Positions 29,454-39,564 are shown, numbered from the stretch's first letter. The stretch: DNA of 64,000 bases from an uncultured cyanobacterium (GCA_963793265.1 CAWBZI010000001.1:1632001-1696000), one strand, 5' to 3'. Translations and numbers: made by a program. The notes: generated from the sequence alone by a model not told the origin.

Positions 29454-29849
29454 ATGCAAATGAAGCGATTAGGCCATGTAGCCGTTTGTGTAGAAGATGT
29501 TGCGAAGGCCGCTGAGTTTTATAAAAACTTGGGGATGAAGCTGGTTTGGCAAGATAGTGACTGGGCTTATCTGAAGGCGGGGAATGATGGCTTGGCGTTG
29601 ATGAGTCCTGACTATGATCAGGCTGGGCCGCATTTTGGGTTTGTGTTTAGCGATAGAGCTGAAATCGATACCGCCTATGAAAAGCTTAAAGCTGACGGCG
29701 TAAAAGTAGGCAAAATTCACGACCACCGCGACGGCACTGCTTCCTTCTATGGCCGCGATCCTTTTGGCAACTGGTTCGAGTACCTGTATGAGCCGGATGA
29801 CTTGTTTGAAGAGAAAGAAGTTGTTGCAGCAGCACAGCAAGCTTCATAG
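29454..29849 (+). CDS. VOC/glyoxalase family protein
   Basis: RLGHVAVCV, FYKNLG, HFGF, SFYGRDPFGNWFE. Confidence 0.88.
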   Translation: MQMKRLGHVAVCVEDVAKAAEFYKNLGMKLVWQDSDWAYLKAGNDGLALMSPDYDQAGPHFGFVFSDRAEIDTAYEKLKADGVKVGKIHDHRDGTASFYGRDPFGNWFEYLYEPDDLFEEKEVVAAAQQAS

Positions 29850-29915
29850 GGATTCAGATGTTGTTGATCTATATGCTCAAGCAGCGGGCGTTTTAATCCT
29901 CATCAGAAAAAGCAG

Positions 29916-30065
29916 ATGGGCCAAGCTCTTGCTATAGAAAAGTTGACGCTAATCGCTTTGGAGCAGCAGTTTGGCCTGAAGCGAACTAATGATATTGACT
30001 TTTCCTCTGAATGGCGAACTTCGCTGCTAGACCTTACAGAATATGAGACCGTCGCATTACGATAA
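29916..30065 (+). pseudogene. Truncated remnant of a cyanobacterial 'restriction endonuclease subunit R'-like gene
   Basis: MGQALAIEKLTLIALEQQFGLKRTNDIDFSSEWRTSLLDLTEYE resembles that family's N-terminus (TL..LE..FGL....D..FF.EW...L..LT..E); stops after 49 codons. Confidence 0.55.
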
Positions 30066-30073
30066 TTACAGTC

Positions 30074-30493
30074 TTAGTTTGATTGAGCGATCGCATTCAG
30101 GTAACCTTGCAACTGCTCACACCAACGCTGCGCAGTATCCGCAACTTGCCGACGTTCTAGCTCACTGCTCCATAGGTCTGACCAGCCTAGTTTCCATCGA
30201 CTGAGCTGTCGTTGAAGCGTTGAAAGTTCAGTTACAAACGTCATGTCTGTTTCCAGATTAATAGTAGGCACAGACCATTCAATAAAAAACTGACTTTCTC
30301 TAACGAGGTGGTGTGCTACCGATTCCTCTACTCCGCTCGCTGCCAAAGTTTGAATCCAACTTAGGTTTAGGCTCAAGCTGTCTATCTGAGATGAGCGGCT
30401 AGCTTGAAGGTATTGATTTTTTAGAATGTCCCAGTTCATTGCCATTTGATGCATTTTCTCTGGGGTTGCACGGCCATAGACAATTTGAATCAT
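30074..30493 (-). CDS. Conserved hypothetical helical protein
   Basis: ORF starts 1 nt after the pcrA stop (a later Met may be the true start); ESQFFIEW and LQRQLSRW motifs. Confidence 0.65.
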   Translation of the reverse strand: MIQIVYGRATPEKMHQMAMNWDILKNQYLQASRSSQIDSLSLNLSWIQTLAASGVEESVAHHLVRESQFFIEWSVPTINLETDMTFVTELSTLQRQLSRWKLGWSDLWSSELERRQVADTAQRWCEQLQGYLNAIAQSN

Positions 30494-30494
30494 G

Positions 30495-32855
30495 CTAGCC
30501 CAACCGATCTATCGTTGTTGTTCTCGGATCGATAATTTTCTTCCCAATGCCCGGAAAGTGAATGGCTAGACAAATTTTGTTGCCTGCTCCAAAAATATGA
30601 GTCACTTTGCCCTCACCAAAGGCTTTGTGGTTTACCGAAGCGCCCACGCTCCAGTCATCTTCGTGAGTGCCCGGTTTGTTTAAGTTAGGCTGTGGATTCT
30701 TCAGCTTGGCTTCGCGGGTGGTGGTGGCCCAGCGTTCGGGGAGGGCGCTAGGGACGGTGGCGACGATGTAGTCGCGAGGGAGTTCGCCTAAGAAGATAGA
30801 GGGGGTGGAGACTTCGCGCTGGTGGCCGTAAGTGCGGCGCTCGCGGGCGTGGGAGATGTAGAGCTTGTCTTGGGCGCGGGTGATGCCAACGTAGCAAAGG
30901 CGGCGTTCTTCTTCGATGGCGGCGGCGTCTTCGAGTGAGCGGAAGCTGGGGAATAGACCCTGCTCTAGGCCAACTAAGAAGACGACGGGATATTCCAGAC
31001 CCTTGGAAGCATGGAGGGTCATGAGGGTGACCTGATTGTTTTCGTCCTGGTCGCGATCGTTATCCGAATTCAGCGCAGCACTTGCTAAAAAAGTATTTAG
31101 CGTAGCGTCTTCATTCTCCTCTTCAAACTGAATGACCGCGCTATAAAGCTCTTGAATGTTCTCAACCCGAGTCAGGTCTTCTTCAGTGCCTTTGCTTTTA
31201 AGATCTTCTAGATAGCCTGTGTTCTCAAGCACCTCTTGAACAATTTCGGTGGGAGAGGCAGTTTCAGCGCGTTCTTGCCAACTGCTGACCATACGAGAGA
31301 AAGCGATCGCACTCTTACTCGCCCGCCCTGCCAACGTCTTCACCGACGTTTCATCCTTAATAATGTCCCAAAGCGGCACACCCAGCTCTGCGGCTGCCTT
31401 ATCCAAATTATCCAGAGTCGTTTTACCAATACCGCGCCTTGGCGTATTGATAATGCGCTTGAGGCTAACGCTATCTGACGGATTCACCGCCAGACGCAAG
31501 TAGGCGAGAATGTCTTTGATTTCACGGCGATCATAAAAACGCAGGCCACCGACGACCTTATATGGAATGCTATAGCGCGTCAGCACTTCCTCCATCGCCC
31601 GAGACTGCGCGTTCGTTCGGTAAAGAATGGCAAAGTCCTTCCAGTTCAGCTCGGGATTTTTCATCTCCAAAGCGCGAATTTGACCAACAACATACTCCGC
31701 TTCCATCGCCTCGTTATCAGCGCGATGACACATAATCGCATCCCCTTCACCTCGGGTTGCGCGCAGCACTTTATCAATGCGCTCAGTGTTGTTCTCAATG
31801 AGGTGATTGGCAACATCGAGAATGTTGGAAGTCGAACGATAGTTCTCTTCTAGTTTGACCAAAGTATTGGTGTCATCGTCGGTAAGGCCATCGCCAAACT
31901 CATCCTGGAATCCCATCAAGATGGTGAAATCAGCGGCGCGGAAAGAGTAGATACTTTGGTCTGCATCACCTACAACAAAAACAGAGCGATTGTTCCAATC
32001 GTCAAAACTCTGGTTGCCTTTGCCGTTTGTTGCAAGTAGCTGAATGAGATCGTATTGAGTACGATTTGTATCTTGATATTCATCTACTAGAATGTGGCGG
32101 AAGCGGCGATGCCAGTAGTCGAGCACCTGCGCATTTTGACGAAATAGCTGCACAGGCAGACGAATAAGATCGTCAAAATCTAGCGCGTTATTAGCGGATA
32201 GACCTTTCTGGTAGTAGCGATAGACTTCAGCAATCGTTCGCCCTTTAAATGTAGGATTTTCGGCCTCGTACTCGTCCGGGTCTTGGCCCTGATTTTTAGC
32301 ATTACTAATAGCAAAGCGAACAGAACGGGGGTTGAACTTACGATCGTCTAAGTTCATTTGCCCGATCACGATGCTCTTCACCAGGCTTTGTGCATCTGAT
32401 TCATCAAAAATAGAAAACGATTTTGTCCAGCTCTGACCCTGCGGGCTCTGATACTTCTCAATGTCGAAGCGCAAAATACGCGAGCACAGGGCATGGAACG
32501 TGCCAATCCAAAGCTCTTTCAAAAAGGTTTTGTACACGTACGAGCGCAACTGCATCTGCTCGTACTCTGGCAGCATGTGCAAAGGCTTGCTGTGGCGAGC
32601 GAGCGACTCCTGCTCAGCGAATAGCTTTTCAATCCGCTCCTTCATTTCCCGAGCGGCCTTATTGGTAAAGGTCACTGCCAAAATATTTCCAGGATCTACC
32701 CGCTGGTTCAAAATTAGGTTAGCAATGCGGGCGGTGAGCGCACGGGTTTTTCCTGAACCGGCTCCTGCCACCACCAGCAAAGGCCCGCAAAAATGTTCTA
32801 CGGCTTGGCGCTGAGAAGGGTTGAGCTGATTGAGAAAATCTACGGTAGTCACCAT
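30495..32855 (-). CDS. pcrA: ATP-dependent DNA helicase PcrA/UvrD
   Basis: AGAGSGKT, VTFTNKAA, VDEYQDTN, VGDADQSIY, LEENYRS, TLHASKGLE, EERRLCYVGITRA. Confidence 0.96.
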   Translation of the reverse strand: MVTTVDFLNQLNPSQRQAVEHFCGPLLVVAGAGSGKTRALTARIANLILNQRVDPGNILAVTFTNKAAREMKERIEKLFAEQESLARHSKPLHMLPEYEQMQLRSYVYKTFLKELWIGTFHALCSRILRFDIEKYQSPQGQSWTKSFSIFDESDAQSLVKSIVIGQMNLDDRKFNPRSVRFAISNAKNQGQDPDEYEAENPTFKGRTIAEVYRYYQKGLSANNALDFDDLIRLPVQLFRQNAQVLDYWHRRFRHILVDEYQDTNRTQYDLIQLLATNGKGNQSFDDWNNRSVFVVGDADQSIYSFRAADFTILMGFQDEFGDGLTDDDTNTLVKLEENYRSTSNILDVANHLIENNTERIDKVLRATRGEGDAIMCHRADNEAMEAEYVVGQIRALEMKNPELNWKDFAILYRTNAQSRAMEEVLTRYSIPYKVVGGLRFYDRREIKDILAYLRLAVNPSDSVSLKRIINTPRRGIGKTTLDNLDKAAAELGVPLWDIIKDETSVKTLAGRASKSAIAFSRMVSSWQERAETASPTEIVQEVLENTGYLEDLKSKGTEEDLTRVENIQELYSAVIQFEEENEDATLNTFLASAALNSDNDRDQDENNQVTLMTLHASKGLEYPVVFLVGLEQGLFPSFRSLEDAAAIEEERRLCYVGITRAQDKLYISHARERRTYGHQREVSTPSIFLGELPRDYIVATVPSALPERWATTTREAKLKNPQPNLNKPGTHEDDWSVGASVNHKAFGEGKVTHIFGAGNKICLAIHFPGIGKKIIDPRTTTIDRLG

Positions 32856-32993
32856 ACTATTGAGGGATGCCGGTTGTCGGAGTGTCGTTGCTTCAGCTTA
32901 TAGTATGGCACCTGATAGTTGTCTTGATAGCCCACGCCATCGGTTGAGATCCGTAAACCGACTTAAGCGATCGCCCTATTCAGTGCCTATTTG

Positions 32994-33545
32994 ATGATCG
33001 ATCCTAGTATTTCGCCCGAGATCGAAGCGGCTCTAAACGTGCCACCGCCTGCGATCGCAAGCAAAATTTATCTAAAGCATCGGCGGTGGATGATTCGGGC
33101 ACTGGCGATCGCACAGGACGCAGGCAACGCTGGAGAAGTTCCGGTAGCCGCGATTGTGGTTGGGCCTAATGACGAAATGATTGCCGAGGCCACCAATCGA
33201 AAGGAGCGAGATTGCGATCCGACAGCTCACGCAGAAGTGCTGGCGCTAAGGGCTGCCGGTAAACAGATGAACAACTGGCACCTCAACGACTGTACGCTCT
33301 ACGTCACGCTAGAGCCCTGCATGATGTGCGCGGGCGCAATCGTGCAGTCGCGCCTGGGCCTACTGGTATATGGAGCCGACGATATTAAAGCTGGGGCGGT
33401 TCGCTCTGTGCTCAACCTGCCAGATAGCCCGTGCTCCAACCATCGGCTATCGGTGTTGGGTGGCATTTTAGAAGCGCCTTGCGCAGAGCAGTTGCAGCGA
33501 TGGTTTCGGCAGCGGCGGGAAGAATCAGCTAAGAACACCGATTAA
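32994..33545 (+). CDS. tadA: tRNA adenosine(34) deaminase
   Basis: EVPVAA, DPTAHAE, LYVTLEPCMMCAGA. Confidence 0.92.
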   Translation: MIDPSISPEIEAALNVPPPAIASKIYLKHRRWMIRALAIAQDAGNAGEVPVAAIVVGPNDEMIAEATNRKERDCDPTAHAEVLALRAAGKQMNNWHLNDCTLYVTLEPCMMCAGAIVQSRLGLLVYGADDIKAGAVRSVLNLPDSPCSNHRLSVLGGILEAPCAEQLQRWFRQRREESAKNTD

Positions 33546-33714
33546 ATTCACGGAATCGCTCGCAAACAGACCACACCTGAAACTGTCAGGCTAAGGGGCC
33601 TGTGAGGACTGCTAGCCCCGTATGGTGATCCAAAGTTAGTGAAAAGCCGCAACGCTTGTCGAAAACTTTTTACGGGCTAAAACCTACTCGTGCTTCTCCT
33701 GCAACTTTTATGCA

Positions 33715-34482
33715 GTGTATCTATCTTTTTCATCTATGCTTTTAAACTCCCTTGCTGATATGGCTATGTCTGAAGAGCGTCCTACGGCTCGATGTGAAGA
33801 CCAAGACGAAGATTCAGTGGGTGAGCATCCGTGCCCGGCCATGCGATCACGCATCTCCCCCTGGCTTGCACCGATCATGTACGCCATTGGCGAAAAGATA
33901 ATCCTCCCTGCCTACTTCAGCAAAGTCGAAGTCATCGGGCAAGAAAACATTCCCACCACAGGCCCAGTGCTGCTAGCACCTACGCATCAGGCTTACTGGG
34001 ACTCACTTTTAGTCGGCTTAGTCGGCAAGCGCGCGGGCAGATATCTGAGGTTTATGGTCACCGCTGATGAGTGCTTGGGCATTCAAGGCTGGTTTGTGCG
34101 ACGGCTAGGCGGGTTTCCGGTGCACGTTCGCAGACCGGCGGTGCAGTCTTTACGGCATAGTGTGGAGCTGTTGCAGGCCAAAGAAATGCTGGTGATTTAT
34201 CCAGAAGGCAATATTTTTCGCGATCGCATCAATCCCCTCAAGCCGGGCCTGGCCCGCATCGCCCTCCGCGCTGAACGCAGCCGCCCAAACTTAGATATCA
34301 AAATTGTGCCAATCGCCTTGACCTACAGCGACCCTTATCCCAAATGGCGCGGCACAGCCAAAATTCGGATCGGTCAGCCTATTTCGGTCGCTGAATACAA
34401 AGCTGGCGGCGCAAAGCTGCAATCGAGAAAGCTCACCGCAGATTTGCAAGATGAGCTGATGGCACTCGGCGAGCAGGGCTAG
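33715..34482 (+). CDS. 1-acyl-sn-glycerol-3-phosphate acyltransferase (PlsC family)
   Basis: APTHQAYWD (HxxxxD), GGFPV, IYPEG; exact start uncertain. Confidence 0.85.
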   Translation: MYLSFSSMLLNSLADMAMSEERPTARCEDQDEDSVGEHPCPAMRSRISPWLAPIMYAIGEKIILPAYFSKVEVIGQENIPTTGPVLLAPTHQAYWDSLLVGLVGKRAGRYLRFMVTADECLGIQGWFVRRLGGFPVHVRRPAVQSLRHSVELLQAKEMLVIYPEGNIFRDRINPLKPGLARIALRAERSRPNLDIKIVPIALTYSDPYPKWRGTAKIRIGQPISVAEYKAGGAKLQSRKLTADLQDELMALGEQG

Positions 34483-34521
34483 ACGCTTGAAAGCTTGGAC
34501 AAGAGCTTAGAGGTCAAATGA

Positions 34522-36681
34522 TTAGATCCCTATGATTAGCTCCCACTGTTTGAGCTGACCTACGTGCTCTGGAACCGAATCGACTACCTGAAGCTGCCAA
34601 CGGCCCTTAACCGATGTATTAATCAATCGGCGTAGCGCGGGCGTATTCACCAGAGAGTAGGTTCTTTGCAGCCTGGTTTGACGGCCCAATGTGCGGCTTT
34701 GAATCAGAGTAGAAATGCCCTGGGGGTTTTGCAGCGTGAAGCTCACGTCGCCTAAAAATTCGTGTTCGGCCTGAATATAAACTTTGATATCTTGCAGTTG
34801 GCCCTCAGCGGTTACGGTCACTGAGCTGACAATACCTCTTGGCGCATTATCAGGAATAGCGATCGCACTCTCATTACGCACCGTCAGCGTTTGATGCAGC
34901 TCGCGCCGACTCAGCGCCAGTTCTTTTGCCGCCTTCACAGCCCGATAGGCATTCACCTTGCCATAGCCAAACCACAATGAATGCCCTTTGCTGTCATAGG
35001 TGCCATACCTTTGATTGAGCTGCGGATCGGGCTTTTTATCAACAATTTTATCGGTCGTATTCTGCAAAAGCTGCTTCACTTCACGCGCGGTTAAATCAGG
35101 ATTTGCCGACAGCATCAGGCCGACGACGCCTGCGACTAAGGGGCAGGCGCTAGAGGTGCCCCCAAAGCCAGTGTAGTTATCGTTGCTATAGCCTTTGGGG
35201 CCAGTGCGATCGCTCGTCAGCACAGCGCGCCCAATCAGCCGCGCTCGAATCGGTGGCCCCGTGTCGAACGTGCCTTGCGAGAGCGACATATTCGGCGGCG
35301 CGTTATTGCTCGGCGCTGCAACCGAAATATGATCGCCCCAATTACTGTAGGCCGCTTTTTGATTCAAGCTAGTGCAGGCCGACACCGTAATCACGTCAGG
35401 GTGAATAGCAAAGCCGCTGAGCCAGGCCGTCACGCCTTTGAGCAGATTACGCGCCCAGCCCTTTTCTTCCACACGACCATCCACAGGGCGATTCGCGTTG
35501 CCTGCTGAAAACAAGACCACGCAGCCCTTACCGTTTCGTCCTTTCGTCGCCGCTCGGTTAACTGCCTGGCTAATCCGCCTCGATAGCGGGAAATAAACCG
35601 CGGCGGGCGACCAGCTACAGGAGATCACATCGGCCCCTCGGGCGATCGCCCAGTCGAACATCTGCTCAATTGACGTATCGTCCAAAAAGCCCGTTGTCTG
35701 AATCGGCATCAGGCTACAGCCCGGCGCAATCCCAACGATTCCCGTGCCCGTCTCTTCTGCGATCGCCACACCCGCCACCGCCGTCCCATGATTCTCTACA
35801 TCCGTTGTCGGCGTCGGCAGTCCGTCCTTATTCTTCAAATCTCGCGGCGCAACAATCTTGCCCGGCCCCTGCAAGTCGGGATGCGCTAAATCAAAGCTGT
35901 CGTCGGTGATCGCAATCGTGACTGAGCGAGCCCCGCGCGTAATATCCCAAGCCTTTTCAGCGAAAATATGTGCATTATCAGCTAAATCTGAAGCCTTGCT
36001 GCGGTGGTAGAGATACCACTGCTGAGGATAGAGATCATCAGTAGGCTTATAGAGCGGTGCTGCTGCCATGATGATATTGGGCTCGGCAAGCAGCACGTCC
36101 TCGCGTTTGGTGAGCTGATTGGCAATTTTTAGCGGGTTTTGGCGAGCGGTGGAGCCAACGGTAAAGCAGTAAGTGTTGCCGCTATCGGCCAGGGCATGGC
36201 TGCGCATGAGGCCGAATGACTGGGCAATTTTTTCGATTGAGGTGATTGGTAGGTTGGGCTCAAACTGGATAGTGAGCTGGTTGCCTAAGTAAACGTAAGA
36301 ACCGGGGCTGAGGGCGATCACATACACATGACTCGCATAAGTAATATTTGGATCGCGGCGGAGCTGAACTAGCGCCTCTTCCAACTGACGAGCAGGCAGC
36401 TTCCACTCTATGAGCACAGGCGCTTGGCTCGCAGCCTGCGGCGTCACGTTCCTCGCCTGCTGAGGCTTCCACTGCGCTATCAACGGCTGTAGCGCCTCTA
36501 TATCACTCAGGCAAAGCGTCAGCCGATCCTTCACCTTATACAGCAGCAGCTCCTCACCGCCGCGCTGCAAAATCACGCCCTCTTGCCCCGGCAAAACGCC
36601 TTTGCCTCCCGGAACGTCGCCCGGCCTCTGATCGTCTAGTTGAACCATCAGCTTTGCATCTCTTCCAAATCGCTGCACCAA
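34522..36681 (-). CDS. S8 subtilisin/kexin-like serine peptidase with a C-terminal P (proprotein convertase) domain
   Basis: Catalytic ITDD, HGTAVAG, FSAGN, GTSSACP; IPDN...GRWQLQVVD...WEL P-domain; start may be ATG at 36648. Confidence 0.9.
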   Translation of the reverse strand: MVQRFGRDAKLMVQLDDQRPGDVPGGKGVLPGQEGVILQRGGEELLLYKVKDRLTLCLSDIEALQPLIAQWKPQQARNVTPQAASQAPVLIEWKLPARQLEEALVQLRRDPNITYASHVYVIALSPGSYVYLGNQLTIQFEPNLPITSIEKIAQSFGLMRSHALADSGNTYCFTVGSTARQNPLKIANQLTKREDVLLAEPNIIMAAAPLYKPTDDLYPQQWYLYHRSKASDLADNAHIFAEKAWDITRGARSVTIAITDDSFDLAHPDLQGPGKIVAPRDLKNKDGLPTPTTDVENHGTAVAGVAIAEETGTGIVGIAPGCSLMPIQTTGFLDDTSIEQMFDWAIARGADVISCSWSPAAVYFPLSRRISQAVNRAATKGRNGKGCVVLFSAGNANRPVDGRVEEKGWARNLLKGVTAWLSGFAIHPDVITVSACTSLNQKAAYSNWGDHISVAAPSNNAPPNMSLSQGTFDTGPPIRARLIGRAVLTSDRTGPKGYSNDNYTGFGGTSSACPLVAGVVGLMLSANPDLTAREVKQLLQNTTDKIVDKKPDPQLNQRYGTYDSKGHSLWFGYGKVNAYRAVKAAKELALSRRELHQTLTVRNESAIAIPDNAPRGIVSSVTVTAEGQLQDIKVYIQAEHEFLGDVSFTLQNPQGISTLIQSRTLGRQTRLQRTYSLVNTPALRRLINTSVKGRWQLQVVDSVPEHVGQLKQWELIIGI

Positions 36682-36831
36682 ACCGCTTTTATCGTCTCAC
36701 AACTATCCCCACAACCAGATAGCCCAACCAGATAGGCAAGAGTCACATCGAAATAAGACAACGGTGCTAGCGATCGCCTAATCTAAGTTAAATTACCTAA
36801 GCTAGCTGTTCTCTTCAGCCATTTTTAATCC

Positions 36832-37374
36832 ATGGTTTCCATCGTCAAAGCCTTGTTTGCCAGTACGCTTATTGGCGGTTTAGCTGTTCCGTTTGCAGAG
36901 CCAGCCCAAAGCCAACAGCCGCCTGCTGAAGCACCCGCGGCGACTCGCACTGTAGGGCAAGCAGATAGCCCGATTGGGATTGCCTCGGGTCAGGCATTAA
37001 TGGCAGAAGCCGAAGGGGCGATTGCACAGCAAGACTATACCCTAGCCTCTGAAAAACTCGTCGCCGCGCGCAAAGCCCTTAACGACGTTTCAACTTACTA
37101 TCAAAATCTCTCGGGTGTCTTTACAGGCGTAGATAGCCGAGTCAACGACGGTCTGCGCAGCCTAGCGCTAGAGTCGGCCCAGGTTCGCGATCAGGCCAGC
37201 TACCAGCTAGCGGTGGTCTATCGCGCCCAAAGTCGCCCTGATCTGGCCGTTCCGCTTTTAGTCGAAGTCGTACAGTCTCAGCAGCCTACACGCCCTCTAG
37301 GCCAGCAGGCTTACCAGCAGCTTTACGAATTGGGCTTTGTAGAAGTGCCCTACAATTCGCCTACGGCTCAGTAA
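36832..37374 (+). CDS. Conserved cyanobacterial exported helical (TPR-like) protein
   Basis: Signal peptide (AEPAQS); RDQASYQLA, LAVPLLVEVV and AYQQLYELGFV motifs. Confidence 0.7.
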   Translation: MVSIVKALFASTLIGGLAVPFAEPAQSQQPPAEAPAATRTVGQADSPIGIASGQALMAEAEGAIAQQDYTLASEKLVAARKALNDVSTYYQNLSGVFTGVDSRVNDGLRSLALESAQVRDQASYQLAVVYRAQSRPDLAVPLLVEVVQSQQPTRPLGQQAYQQLYELGFVEVPYNSPTAQ

Positions 37375-37463
37375 ACCCGTTAGCTAATTGGATTAGGTCA
37401 TCAGCACGCGGGTATTGCGCCATAATGGTTGAGAAAAATCACTTAACTATTAGGAGGTACCTG

Positions 37464-37712
37464 ATGATTAGCCCTGATCAGCTAGAAGCCATGATTAAGG
37501 TCAAAATGCCGGATGCCAAGGTGTTGGCCGAAGACATGAAAGGCAGCGGTGACCACTATCAGGTAGCCATCATTTCAACGGCGTTTGAGGGTTTGAGCCT
37601 GGTAAAACGCCATCAGCTTGTGTACAAGGCGGTAGATGCAGCGATGTCGTCTGAGGCTATCCATGCGCTTTCATTAGATACCAGCACGCCTGCAGAAGTT
37701 GCTGCGAGTTAA
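37464..37712 (+). CDS. bolA: BolA family protein
   Basis: GDHY, FEGLSLVKRHQLVY, IHALSL; AGGAGG SD; directly upstream of grxD. Confidence 0.9.
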   Translation: MISPDQLEAMIKVKMPDAKVLAEDMKGSGDHYQVAIISTAFEGLSLVKRHQLVYKAVDAAMSSEAIHALSLDTSTPAEVAAS

Positions 37713-37763
37713 CGACTATTCGCTAAACTGAAGCGTAACTCGTCATATTTTTACAAGGACTAA

Positions 37764-38090
37764 GTGATGTCTCCAGAAACCAAAGCCAGAATTGACAGCC
37801 TGATTGAAGAGAATAAAATCATGGTGTTTATGAAGGGCAATAAGCTGATGCCTCAGTGCGGCTTTTCCAACAATGTTGTACAAATTTTGAATACGCTAGG
37901 CGTCCCTTTTGAAACTTTAGATGTGCTAGCTGACCCAGAGATTCGTCAGGGCATTAAAGAGTATTCGAGCTGGCCTACGATTCCGCAGGTGTACATTAAC
38001 GGTGAATTTGTTGGAGGCTCTGATATTCTAATCAAGATGTATCAGGAAGGGAATTTGCAGGAGACGGTTGAGGTTGCGCTGGCGTCTTGA
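37764..38090 (+). CDS. grxD: Monothiol glutaredoxin (Grx4 family)
   Basis: FMKG, PQCGFS, WPTIPQVYINGEFVGGSD. Confidence 0.95.
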   Translation: MMSPETKARIDSLIEENKIMVFMKGNKLMPQCGFSNNVVQILNTLGVPFETLDVLADPEIRQGIKEYSSWPTIPQVYINGEFVGGSDILIKMYQEGNLQETVEVALAS

Positions 38091-38131
38091 ACGTTTTTTG
38101 TTTAGGGATCGGCTAGAAGATAGTATGCAGC

Positions 38132-38166
38132 CGGAGGGCGTAAGACCTTACGCCCCTATCGGATTT
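38132..38166. repeat. REP-like palindrome, copy 2
   Basis: CGGAGGGCGTAAGACCTTACGCCCCTATCGGATTT; arms and flanks shared with the 26137 copy. Confidence 0.55.
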
Positions 38167-38174
38167 GCTGTAAT

Positions 38175-38212
38175 AAAGCGCGCCAGTTGGATGAATTTAA
38201 CTGGCGCGCTTT
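38175..38212. terminator. Bidirectional terminator
   Basis: Perfect 14 bp stem AAAGCGCGCCAGTT...AACTGGCGCGCTTT between convergent genes. Confidence 0.78.
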
Positions 38213-38237
38213 GCTTTAGGATTTTGTCTATGAACGT

Positions 38238-38486
38238 TTAGCGATAGTCGGTTTCAACTTCCGGCTGAGCGACGACAAAGTTGGAATAATCGTAGAGGAA
38301 GCGAAGGGCTTCTTGCTCTAGCTGATTGATTAGGTAGGATTCGACGGCTCCTGAATGGCGCATCGACGTGATATATCCCTCAAGGTAGAGCCGGAGTTCA
38401 TCGGTTCGGTAACCTTTGCCCCAATAGTCTACGAGGGTGTCAGTAATCCGCTGGTAGTAACGGATAACTCTTGCGTCCTGAAGCAT
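38238..38486 (-). CDS. DUF6761 family cyanobacterial protein
   Basis: MLQDARVIRYYQRITD...ELRLYLEGY...LEQEALRFLYDYSNF. Confidence 0.75.
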   Translation of the reverse strand: MLQDARVIRYYQRITDTLVDYWGKGYRTDELRLYLEGYITSMRHSGAVESYLINQLEQEALRFLYDYSNFVVAQPEVETDYR

Positions 38487-38826
38487 TTTGTTTACGGGCC
38501 TCACTCAATTAGAAAAACTTACGGATTTGTATTTCGGTCTGTGTTTGAAAACTACAAATGACTGGCAATTGCTAACAGCGAAGTCATTAAGCTGACCACC
38601 TATATTGTGACAAATAAGGTGTTGGATGTGACCGGAATATTCAGTACTCCTACTTTGCATTTTATCAGGTAAAACAAGCCTGAACCAGCTTGCGGCGCGA
38701 ATAAACAATCTTTCACTCGATCGGATGAGTCTCGTAGCTTCGATTACAGAAGTCCTAAAATAGCTCTGTTATGGTTTGAACTAATTGAGATCTGTCGCCA
38801 GCAGCACCAACTGCTCTATCCCTTTT

Positions 38827-39564
38827 GTGAGCGCTATTACTGACATTCACGTCCAGATAATTGAAAGTAATTTAAACTTGCGATCGCTGCTGAGTTGGAA
38901 TTTGCAGCAGGCGGGCTACCGGGTGCAGCACTGTACTGATATGCTCTCGGCTAGAGATGGATTTCAGGCGCAGCAGCCCGCGATGGTAGTGCTCGAAGCA
39001 GAGTTTGCCGGAGGCCAGGGGCTTCAGCTTTGTCACTGGCTGCGCAACCAGGGACATCCTCTGATATTGATGCTGTCTGCTCGCATCTCAGAAGGCGATG
39101 TCGTCGCAGGGCTTAGGGCTGGAGCCGATGACTACTTAAAAAAGCCCTTCGGGATGCAGGAGTTTTTGGCGCGAATGGAGTCGCTTTCTCGCCGTAGCCG
39201 CAATACGGCTACGCCGCTAGCGATAGACTGCGGAGACTTACATATCGATTTGGTGCAAAGACGGGTGCGCTATATGGGCGAGTTTGTCGATCTTACGCCG
39301 CAAGAGTTTAGCTTGCTCTATGTGCTCACGCAGGCAGAAGGTGAGCCTTTGAGCCGCATCGATTTGCTGCGTAGAGCCTGGCCTGATGCGATTGATAATC
39401 CACGCACGGTAGATACGCATGTGCTGTCGCTGCGAAAGAAGATTGAGGTAGATCCTCGCCATCCTGATTTGATTCAGACGGTGCGAAATGTGGGCTATCG
39501 AATTTGTGTGGGTTCGGTGGAACGGGTGGCAGAGATGGCGATCGCACACAGCAAGCCCGCCTGA
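38827..39564 (+). CDS. OmpR/PhoB-family response regulator with an atypical receiver
   Basis: ILMLSA, GADDYLKKPF, LTPQEF, RTVDTHV, TVRNVGYR; start uncertain (GTG 38827 or TTG 38785). Confidence 0.9.
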   Translation: MSAITDIHVQIIESNLNLRSLLSWNLQQAGYRVQHCTDMLSARDGFQAQQPAMVVLEAEFAGGQGLQLCHWLRNQGHPLILMLSARISEGDVVAGLRAGADDYLKKPFGMQEFLARMESLSRRSRNTATPLAIDCGDLHIDLVQRRVRYMGEFVDLTPQEFSLLYVLTQAEGEPLSRIDLLRRAWPDAIDNPRTVDTHVLSLRKKIEVDPRHPDLIQTVRNVGYRICVGSVERVAEMAIAHSKPA

